Source of the DNA: Epithemia pelagica
Taxonomy: Eukaryota > Protista > Bacillariophyta
DNA: 64,000 nucleotides
NCBI GenBank assembly: GCA_946965045.2
Contig: OX337231.1
Span: forward strand, 2,914,001-2,978,000
Direction: 5' to 3'
Numbering within the stretch: the first letter of the stretch is position 1; each line of letters begins with the position of its first letter. Below the pieces are notes generated by a model that did not search any database, was not told the origin of the DNA, and worked only from the letters and a program-made list of their open reading frames with translations. Positions 13,470 to 23,270 of this stretch are shown in pieces. The position numbers and the translations under genes were made by a program.

Positions 13470-14225
13470 ATGATGACAATGATGAAAGGGTGTACATTGG
13501 CGTGCAGTATTCATATTCTGTATGCGTACTTGTGCTCTGCCTTCCCAAGTCGGCCAGCTTTCAGAAATAGACAGGCAAAATCCCCTCCAATCATTTCATC
13601 CCTTCGACTCGCAGGTAGTGAAGACCGGGTAGAGACACATAAACACTCCTCAAAGTGGATACCACAAGCGGTAGTGACCTCGATCGTATCCCTCGCTTTA
13701 ATTACACCATTGCCATCTTACTCCGCTGTATCGGCATCGTCCTTCAATAATGAATATGCCGATCCTCTTCATCCTTTCTGTAACCGAAAGATTCAAGTAT
13801 CCAGAGACGGCAAGACATTCCACTATTCGGGCACGTCAGTTGGACCGAAAGACGAGCAAGTCTTGCGTGGATGCAGCACGGAAGAAATCAAACTTTATGT
13901 ACTGAGAAAGGGGGAATTTGATGGAGTGATTACGGATAAAGGCTCCCGTATTTCTGCTGGTGATGGCATTCACGAAGGTGTATGGGAACCCAAGAATACA
14001 GCAAATACACGTCTTGGATATGAAGACGTCGATGGTATTCGATGGAACGACGGAAACAAATGGATTGTTAAGAGCCAATCATTTGTGAAAAAAACTGAGG
14101 ATGGCAATACAGTTGTGAAGAAGCCAACGTCCGTTGTGATTGGTGAATTTATCTTTCTGGCTTACATTGGTTTCAGTATGCTGGCAGGAGTATACGGTGT
14201 CATCAATCGCATTCGACAACAGTAA
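13470..14225 (+). CDS. Uncharacterised protein with bipartite plastid presequence and a C-terminal TM helix
   Basis: CSA-FPS motif, then a second hydrophobic stretch (possible lumenal signal), a W/G-rich core (GIRWNDGNKW) and a hydrophobic C-terminus. Confidence 0.65.
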   Translation: MMTMMKGCTLACSIHILYAYLCSAFPSRPAFRNRQAKSPPIISSLRLAGSEDRVETHKHSSKWIPQAVVTSIVSLALITPLPSYSAVSASSFNNEYADPLHPFCNRKIQVSRDGKTFHYSGTSVGPKDEQVLRGCSTEEIKLYVLRKGEFDGVITDKGSRISAGDGIHEGVWEPKNTANTRLGYEDVDGIRWNDGNKWIVKSQSFVKKTEDGNTVVKKPTSVVIGEFIFLAYIGFSMLAGVYGVINRIRQQ

Positions 14226-14624
14226 CGGAGTAGTATCATTCTTCATGGCGCTTCGCCATTTTTTATCTGCCAAATACAAAGCGCTCCCAAGAGTTTCCCA
14301 TTGCTAGATCCCAATTATGGGTTGTCATGCTGTTGCCGTTGAGATCCTTGTCGTATGGACGCATTCTCTTTCTTTCCTCTCCCATTTGATATCTGCGCTG
14401 TTGAATTTCTGGGAGAATTTGGCACCGTCTATGAGGAGCGGATTGGAGGAGCTTAGACATCTCCTCTAGAGCTCAAGATAACAAAAAAAGCAGACAAGAC
14501 TAGATTACCTATCAAGATACGGATTCGGAAGCCAAGATCATTCGGAAGTAAACTGACGTCCCATCGCTTGACGTGTGTTTGTGTATGAAGGAGTTTTTGA
14601 TTGACTGAGCTACGGACGCTGGGG

Positions 14625-16056
14625 ATGTACAGTTTTTTCAATTTGAGCCGTTGGGAGGTCGATGATAGAAAGAACCGAAAATGGCATAGACTTGTGGTGA
14701 CCATGGCCTTTTCCGGATCTGGGAGATGCTGTAGACTGCCTTTGGAGAGAACTCTTCTTGACGTAATTGTCATATTTGGAGTTCTCAACTTGTTCAACGT
14801 TGATCTTGCAGTCTTTCCGCCAAGCGATGACCCCCGTCTGCTCTTCATCGAACCTCAAACAATCAATACTAGAGTTGCAGAAGAGATTGAAACCCACACA
14901 AAATCGGTCGAGATCCCTCTGTATAATGGATTGCAACCAGATTTTGATCGTTCACCGACTCAAAGTCAAATCGATCAAAGAGTCGTTTCATCGGAGGATA
15001 ATTTGCCCTCTGCTGTTACTGAGCACTGTAATCTTGCTGGAGCAGACTACTGGATGGTTCCTGAGAGTGACTGGCGTCGGAGAAGTCCTGCATTTTTAAT
15101 TCTTGGCGAGAAGAAGTCGGGCACAACAGGGCTCTTCCAAACATTAACTTTGCACCCCAACATAATTCGAGGAAGAAAAAAGGAGCTCATATTCTTCAAT
15201 CCTGAATGGTTTCAGTTTTGGGAAGATGAACAAATCGGGGGTCGTGTGAATGTAGCCCGCGCTCGAAAGTCTTTGTTTTCCATGTTCCCACTGCACGCTC
15301 TCCAACAGAGGACGTCTCTCATCACGGGCGAAGCGACACCGGAATACTTGGTAAGTCTTTCCAATCAACAGCGCCCTGTAATATCAAATATCGAGAGAAA
15401 ACTGATTTCCTTTCATGAAGCTGTATCCTGATATTTCGGGCAACGCAATTCTGTGCACCGTCCCATGGGTCAAGGTAGCTGTGATTATCAGAGACCCTGT
15501 TGAAAGGCTGTTCTCGCATTACAATTTTCTCAAGGATCCAACAAAGCACAACAGGACAGGCTTGCCACCGTTTGAGCAGGTTGTTAAAGGAGACATCAAA
15601 CTTCTACAAAAAGTTGGTGTACTCCCACGAAATCTCTCTCGGATCGAAGAGCACATGGGGACAAAAGCAGAAGCAGACGCTTACCTTCGGTACCAGCGTA
15701 TGTCTCGAGTGGGCGACCGTCTCTTTATTCGCTCACTTTATGCTCTTCAGTTGGAGGGTTGGATGAGAGCTCTTAGGCGATTTGGTAAAGATCCAAACAA
15801 GGACATGAAAATTGTCATTAGCAGTGATGTCAAGCGTGATTCCAATGCTACAAACAGCATGGTCGAGTGGCTTGGACTTCCAGGTTTTCCCCACACCCCG
15901 AAACGTGCAATGGTGACAAAATATACAAGTCCACCAATCAACCCTGCCTTCCAGGCTTTCCTTGATTCTATTTTTGCACCCTATAACAAGAGACTGTACA
16001 AATTACTTGGAGAGAGTTATGAAGGAGTATTTGACCCAAGTTACTCCTCAACTTAA
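14625..16056 (+). CDS. Membrane-anchored sulfotransferase (heparan-sulfate 3-O-sulfotransferase-like); exons 14625-15350 and 15421-16056; start uncertain
   Basis: 5'-PSB FLILGEKKSGTTGL, KELIFFN, TGEATPEY and 3'-PB IIRDPVERLFSHYN. Intron 15351-15420. N-terminal TM anchor. Confidence 0.85.
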
Positions 16057-16533
16057 CCGGCAACATCTTTTTTCCAAAATTCGACGGGTCCCCTCCAGGA
16101 GTACTTTGTACTCGTAATGAGGTATGCTCAGCATGGACACTAAAGTATAGAAATTATCCCATGATGCTAAGATGGCAAAGTATACGAGCGAAATTAGCAG
16201 GTATTCCATGAGAAGGGAAGTATAGCTCCGATTCTATGGAGAGAAGCGGTCGTCGAAATCTTCACTCGATATCACAGGCAAACCATTCAAAGCTTAAGAT
16301 GAACAGAGAAAAACAACAAAACACAGTCATTTCCACTAAATGTGCGGTGGATCTGTTAGAGTTAGACCGGTATAAATTGACACGATCGTGCCAAGAAACA
16401 GAAGAATGGAATGTTTTCGATGCACCACAGGGGAATCTATAGATGTTTTCGAAACAGTTCTCTGACTCTCCTAGAAAGTGCTTCATGTTTTCTTTGTCGC
16501 GTAAGAGCAATTTTGATGAAAGAAAATTCGTAT

Positions 16534-17568
16534 TCAATTTTGTGAATTGTCATCATTGCCTTGGGCCTGTTTCTCCAGCTTTCGTCTCTTATCGAGCCAT
16601 ATTCTGGCTCTAGCAGGATTTCGAAGTATACCTCCAAATACAGCCTCGACATGAACCTCCCCCATACCGTATTCTTGAATACTAGCGAGAATCTCTGATT
16701 TGCTCCCACTGTGAGTAATCATGCGCATTCGCATGTATTTACCATAAATGTGTTTAACAATTGGGAGAACCAAATCGATAACAGATTTGCAACTTCCATC
16801 AATGCATAAATGAATAGCCTTTACCTGACCAGGGAAAACCTGACTGATAGCAACGACATCTCTACTGAATCTTCTGTCGTGATGTTTATATAAGTCGAAG
16901 CCCTGTAACGGTTTTGGTGAGAAAAGTCGAATAAAGACACACAATGGTGAATCGAACAAACGTACTCTCCCGTTGATAAGGGCCACGTATTCATCAGGAT
17001 GGTAGAATCTCATTTGATGCACGTAAAAGAAAACACGAAGAAACAGCTTTCTCGACGTCTCGGTTCGCGTGTCCAATCGTATTCGATCATAGAAATGAAC
17101 AGGTCGTCCTCTATTATCATCTTCGATGTACATCATGGTACCCTCTTGGAGAAAATCTAGATCATCTGCCATCGCACTATCTAGCGTCATAGGAATAAAG
17201 GCTCGTTGAGAACCGAAAACAGAGAGCCTAAGTCTCCAGTAACTAGCAACCATATCAGCAGCCTTCCAAACATCAAAAGATGTCGAGTCGAGGTAGGGGC
17301 GGATAGGGCATTCTTTCTTCATTAAATCGGCATCAATCTCTCGTGCTTTCATGTAGGCTTCTTTTTTCGAATCCTCCATTGAATCAATGGCTTCTTCAAC
17401 GAAACGGGTCCCTTCCTCATACACATGATCGGGAACAGAGCTTGGGCTACCGCTGTTCGAGCTGCCATACACGTCGTCTCGCAATGTCGCGGCTTCACCT
17501 TCACTGAGATTCTCGCGCTCACGTTTCTCATCTTCCTCGGAAATATATGGAGCTGTGAAAGTGAACAT
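16534..17568 (-). CDS. CRAL-TRIO-like (lipid-binding fold) protein of a diatom-type family; probable in-frame intron 16903-16965
   Basis: FDVWKAADMVASYWRLR..FG..AF.PMTL, D..GRPV.F.DR and VKAIHLC motifs. GTACGT...TTACAG in-frame intron candidate. Confidence 0.55.
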   Translation of the reverse strand: MFTFTAPYISEEDEKRERENLSEGEAATLRDDVYGSSNSGSPSSVPDHVYEEGTRFVEEAIDSMEDSKKEAYMKAREIDADLMKKECPIRPYLDSTSFDVWKAADMVASYWRLRLSVFGSQRAFIPMTLDSAMADDLDFLQEGTMMYIEDDNRGRPVHFYDRIRLDTRTETSRKLFLRVFFYVHQMRFYHPDEYVALINGRVRLFDSPLCVFIRLFSPKPLQGFDLYKHHDRRFSRDVVAISQVFPGQVKAIHLCIDGSCKSVIDLVLPIVKHIYGKYMRMRMITHSGSKSEILASIQEYGMGEVHVEAVFGGILRNPARARIWLDKRRKLEKQAQGNDDNSQN

Positions 17569-17828
17569 GGTGAGGTTCCATCAACCAATGGGTTGTTATC
17601 GAATAGCTTTCGAGCTCTTCTGGAGCTGTTCTATGTTCTCCATTCAACAACCCGAGTGATGTTATGTTTGCGTGTCTGGAACGACCACGAAAATTCTGTA
17701 CATCTCCGCGTCCAACGTCTGATGTGGATCTCGAGAATTATAGAACAAAAGCAAAAGTGTTCACATCAATCGCTCGGAAGTAGTTTGGGGGGCTATCTCA
17801 CTCTCATGTATCATTCCTCTAGCGCGAA

Positions 17829-20097
17829 CTAGTTATGTAGTTGCTCTTCCATTTCTTCTCGAGTTATCTTCCCTTTCCTGAACTTCTTGTAAAGGCGTTC
17901 CTCCTTTGCCAAGTCGTCCCACTCATCCTGAATCTGTGCATTCTTTCCACGCTTCTTGTCTGGATTCCTTCCCTTCAGCTTGGCCTCAGCCCGTCTAGCT
18001 TGTGCCTTGCTTTCGATTCGGGATTTACGTTCTTCTGCCTTGGCCTGTTTAGCACTCCTTCCTGCCGAGAGTTCAGTCGCCAATCGCTTTTGACGGGCTT
18101 GTTCTCGCACTTTATCCTTGTAGGGAATTGCCATTAGGTCAACCTCAGAACCGGCAGATCTAAAATTAGGCAGGCATCCATGTTTTTTCATTATATCACG
18201 AAATTCTGGCATTTTTGGCAATCGTAACAAAGCAAAAGAAGTTGCAACTAGGCCGAGATCCAGTGATGCAAACCTGTTCAAAAAAGGTAAAATGTGAGAG
18301 CACTGGGTTACCACCGTGTCCTGGTAATCGTTTAACAAGTGGGGAATTTCGCCCCGGAATCGTCCCCAGACTGATGATCAAAGAGACATTCCAATCACTC
18401 TCTGCAAATGGACGCGTTTGTAGGGTCATTCACTCCATCACAACACAATCCGTTTTGTACCATGTCATGCCAAGCGTACCCGTCAACGGTCTTCGCAAAG
18501 GAGAACCTGCACGAGAACATGTCACATCTTACCTGAAGATAAAAGCGCATCGATGTTCCTTGTACGCTCGGATAAAAGATGTGAACGCTCTTGTTCCTTT
18601 TTCAAGAATATCGCGATCACGCATTGCGAGATCCCGGAGCTTTGGAAGAAAGTCTTCTAGTTTATCGTTTGATGCATTCACAATGTTTCGACCTTGATCC
18701 TGCGAAGTCGCTTTTTGTGTTTTGGACGACGACACTTTTGATTCATCAACTGGTTCGTCCTCCTCCTGGGGACAACATGCTTCGTTTTGAGACAAGGGTG
18801 AGAGTGGCACTTTCCGCATTCGAAGCAAATCCACATACGCTTCTTCCTTTCGCGTCAAAAAAAGGAGACTCGATCCTTCTTTCCCCGCACGTGCGGATCG
18901 GCCGACTCGATGAATGTAAAAGGCTGGATCTTGAGGTGCATCAAATTGAACAACACAGTTCACGTTGGAAACATCTAGCCCTCGGGCAGCCACATCAGTA
19001 CAAAACAAGGCAGCACCGCTGTCATTTCCCCCTTCCTGGTTCATATCGATAGCTTCATTCAATCGAAATCGTTCCATTGTTTTCTCGCGACGCTTTTGCA
19101 CCATTTTCCCGTGAAGCATTTCAATATGGCAATCCGGTACGAGAATAGAAAGAGCTGATCCAAAGTAGTCGACGCATGCACAAGTCAAGAAAAATACAAT
19201 AACTTTCTCATGGCGGTGTTGACGTAGGAACGCCACAAGACGCGACAGTTTCTCATCAATCTTTGTAACCATGTAGTAATTGGTCAATGTGGACGGAGTA
19301 GCTTGTTGATGAGTTTGTGGTTGTGTCAAGGCTTCTTCGGTTTCTTTTTTGTCAATGGTCGATTCCTCCACTACTTTTGTGACAGCAACATCGATCCAAA
19401 CCGGATTTCGCATTCCAGCCTTTTGCATCCACTCCTTTAGTCCACCTGTCGTTGACGAGGCCGTTGTCGCGCTGAACAAGCCAGTTCGCCGCATTTTAGG
19501 AAGTTTTGAAAGAATGTGTTGGAGCGTAGTGGAGAACCCCATGTTTAACAAAACATCCGCTTCATCGAGGATGAGGCATTCGAGTTCCGAGCAGTCAATC
19601 GCGGCGTACTTTGTCAGGACGTCTTCGACACGTCCAGGTGTTCCAATCACGATTGTGCTTCGAAATTCTCTAAAGTTTTGTAAATCATCCGTAACAGGGT
19701 TACCACCCACCAACAACAACGGTTTGGGCAAACGAGTCGATTGGCAAAGGTCGGTGGCAACTTTGTATGTTTGCTGAGCCAACTCTCTGGTTGGAGACAA
19801 AATCAGAGACCCAATCTCCTGTCGCTTAAACTTTTTTGGCTGAAGAATCTCTACCACCGGGATCAAGAAAGACAGCGTCTTCCCCGAACCTGTCACGGCC
19901 TGAACGGCCACGTCTTTTTTGGACAAGAATAATGGAATGGCAGCCGCTTGCACAGGGGTCATGCGAGTGAATTGTTGAGATTTCACATATTTGAGGACTC
20001 CTTCACTCAGCTTTGGATAAATTTCGGAAAAGGACTGTGCATGACGTGAACGTGGTGCACTTGCGTCCTCCTTGGTTGGGTCATCGGAGTCCGCCAT
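17829..20097 (-). CDS. DDX55: DEAD-box RNA helicase, Spb4/DDX55 type; exons 20097-18533 and 18273-17829
   Basis: Q motif MTPVQ, AVTGSGKT, PTRELA, DEAD, FSAT, DVAARGLD and HRVGRSAR. C-terminal AFTSFIRAYKEH...LDLGLVATSFALLRLPKMPE. Intron 18274-18532. Confidence 0.92.
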
Positions 20098-20577
20098 GGT
20101 CGAATCGGAAATTTTGGACGATGGTTGGCAGGAGCGTCCGGGAACGAAGGGACCTTCTCAAGTCCCGTTACGTAGCCATGGCAGACGCCTTACCACGACT
20201 GAAGCGCAACGGTCGGGCCGGCGTGTGGCGTGATTCATTCCCCTCACTTTTTTGTCTCCCGACCATCTTTTTGGTGTTCGCACATGATGGATGGAAGGAA
20301 GACCGAATCGCTTCCATGAAGTGAGACAACAAAAGCAAATCCCACCAATTCTGTTGCTCATAATCCAAGATCCCATCAAAGACTTGAGGCTCGAAGACAA
20401 GAGCTCATACTTTTCTCATCAAACCTTTATCATCCCCCTTGCTTTTCCACAGTTTCGAACGACAGCTAGCAATGACACGCGTCGGACGGGTACAACAATC
20501 CCCCATGATCGGCGATTATCGGTCCCATCCTTTCAAGCACAAGACGAATGCTCTTTCCATATCAGTTTGTTTCTTAG

Positions 20578-21927
20578 ATGGTGCTTTTGTCCTTTCTTTT
20601 GACTGGATCCTTTGTCTTGGACAAGAGGCGCTCAAGTCTTCGCCCCGAAGGACCAGAAATGGCTTTTTCTCGGAAGGAACTGATCGGGACTAAAGAAGCC
20701 TTGACCTGCCAGGATGCACGTAGTCTCGTCGCACAAGGAATGTGGAAGGATCCAAACCATGGGAGGCTCTACTATCGACGCAATCTGGTGACGGAACCGT
20801 CCTTTGCCGTTTCCCTCCACACAAAATCGTACGATGTAAGTGTATGGCATCCGTCCCGGACGGGAATGGAATCGATTCTATTCGGAGTTCGCCTTTCTCA
20901 TGAATCTAGCTTCTGTGCATATCTTTGTCTCAACTACAACTACACAGCCCGTTCGTTGGGAACACATCTACCTTAATGGAAAGTACTACGAGGACCAAGT
21001 TCAGGCTCGTTTTCTAAAGATCCTTCGACGGACGGCCGTGGAGGGGGAAGCATCCCGTGAGACAAATGAATCTAGTGAAGCATCGGGACTACCTACATCT
21101 CTAGTGGTAGACGTTGGCGCCAATAGTACGTATACTACCACTTGATTGTCGAAACGATTCGTTTCGTGCTGTCAGTTTGCATGCTAACACAATACACTCT
21201 TTATCTGTGATACCTAGTTGGATACTATACGTTGCTCTCCATGGCGTTGGGGTATTCGGTTGTGGCGTTTGAGATTAATCCTCCCAATATTTTACGCATG
21301 TGCGAATCTCTGGAGCTGAACCAGTGGCTTCTTCCCGAAAATGACAAGGGGTTTGAAGACCCGAATAAACCCACGGTCCGCTTCTATCAGCAAGGTGTCA
21401 GCGACGTGAATGGCCAAGAATTCAAGGTTTGGGTTCCAAAGAACCCAGGCCAAGCCTTTCTGCGAACTGAACAAGAGGGCACCGAGGAAATGGAGGAACA
21501 TGCTTCGATGGAAGGAGCGGACCACATGTCGGGCCATCACGATTCAACAACTACAGTGACCCTAGACCACTTTGCGCAGCAACATGGATGGTTGATTCCT
21601 CTTCAAGATGGTTCCTTGGGTGTCAATCCCAATATTGCAATCAAGATTCTCAAGGTTGACGTGGAAGGAAAAGAACCGCTCGTCATTGAAGGCACTCAAA
21701 CCTTGTTGCGTTCCGGCATTGTCGAGAACATTTTGATTGAATTTCGGCGATTGGGCCGGCCCAATGTGCAACAGGCCATGTTGATTTTGCTCGATAGCGG
21801 ATATACATTGGTCGATGATACAGAAGGCAAGGTCTCCATTACGCGATCCATGGAGATTCTGTCCGATCTCACCGACCAACTGGAGGGAACAACCAAGACT
21901 ATCGATTTGTGGTTCCAACGGGTATAG
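20578..21927 (+). CDS. FkbM-family methyltransferase; exons 20578-20835, 20948-21125 and 21218-21927; 5' end uncertain
   Basis: Splicing restores VVDVGANIGYYTLLS...VVAFEINP. Also LKVDVEGKEPLVIEG and ILIEF. Confidence 0.85.
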
Positions 21928-21983
21928 TGGTGATTCACAACAATGCTTTCTTCTACATCTATATATTCTTCACACTATGATTT

Positions 21984-22769
21984 TTACTTGAGAGGGACTG
22001 CAGGATCGGATCCAATCACAACTGCTTCACGGTGTCTGGTTGCTTCAAGTGCTTCAGAAACCATGAATCTTGCACAATCCAGCTTGGCCATATTCCCTCC
22101 AACGACATCCTTGTTTTTTTTCTTTTGCAACCACCATTTCCCCACTGGAACAACATCCTCACCAAGTCCAACTGGTCTTACAAATAGATAGTCCACCTTG
22201 TCGGGCTCTGTGGAGCGATAGGCTCGCTCCATTTTGGTCAGATCACGGTAGGCACCCCGGGAGAGACCGGGTACAATAAACAGTATACTTAGAATGATCT
22301 TGGCAATGCCAATAAACTCCATGGGTGGCCAATCTTCTTCGACCCCCACCGATGTGAGAACCACGACTCGATTTTTCTTGTCTTGCGGGAGAGCCTTTAA
22401 CAGAGCCTTGTTTCCTTCTTCTGCTTCCCAATGTCCATACCCCGGTTGTCGATTGCCCAAACACGAAACGACAGCAGTAGCATCCTTGACGTGTTCTTCG
22501 ATATTATCGGTTTCCCAGGAATCAATTTTGACCACAGTGACGCGAGGATCTTTGGGATATGACATGGGTTCCGGACAACCCGAGTTCCAATTGGTTTCGT
22601 GCAGCAACTCGGGGAATCGGGTCAAGACGGTAATGCGTTCCACGGCGGCGGCTGTCGTAGCACTCGATTCTCCTCCTCCATTGGGTTGTTGTTCCAGGGC
22701 GGCCAAAATGGCATGACGACCCACATCGGACAAACCGCCCATGCCATATAAAATCACTAAACGAGCCAT
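21984..22769 (-). CDS. NAD(P)H-binding Rossmann protein (flavin reductase/NAD_binding_10-like)
   Basis: YGMGGLSDVGRHA, DATAVVSCLG, VVVLTSVGV and DYLFVRPVGL. Confidence 0.75.
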   Translation of the reverse strand: MARLVILYGMGGLSDVGRHAILAALEQQPNGGGESSATTAAAVERITVLTRFPELLHETNWNSGCPEPMSYPKDPRVTVVKIDSWETDNIEEHVKDATAVVSCLGNRQPGYGHWEAEEGNKALLKALPQDKKNRVVVLTSVGVEEDWPPMEFIGIAKIILSILFIVPGLSRGAYRDLTKMERAYRSTEPDKVDYLFVRPVGLGEDVVPVGKWWLQKKKNKDVVGGNMAKLDCARFMVSEALEATRHREAVVIGSDPAVPLK

Positions 22770-23270
22770 TTTGGGAATTGTTTGGGAAGCCAGCATGCAA
22801 TAGCACTTGTACAGAATGTGCACTGAACGATTATCGATTTATGAGATAACCTGGGGAGAGTGTGAGACGACTGTGGTTGCCGTTGGGTTTCGTGATTCTG
22901 GTGCTCCTGGAAATGGCGAGACTGCTCAAGCAAACTTTTGCGCAATGTCAGAACGTTGAAGAACGTCGTAAATCGTAAAGACTCCAACAACGCGTAACTG
23001 AGTCCAGAGAGAGATCTATCGTAGAATCGACCTCTAGCCATCTGTCGATGCCATGGAAATTGGAAAAATGGAAATGGAGCTGCTTCCTGCTTCCGGTTCC
23101 GTTTGAAGAACACTTTTTGTGTCTTTCCACGACTTAATTTAGAACGACCTAAAAGCGTTTAAACGCGACCGTACTTCGTGACGTTGGTACTGGAGGTTGG
23201 TTGGAGACTGAGATCTCTGCTCAAGACACTTGCTAACAGAATTCATCAGAAGACTTGACAACGGCAGTGT

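Noticed and set aside
18507-18532. Alternative early acceptor (GTGCAG) in the DDX55 intron
   Set aside because: It would give a 26-bp intron, which is implausibly short. The 18274 acceptor restores the conserved C-terminal motifs.
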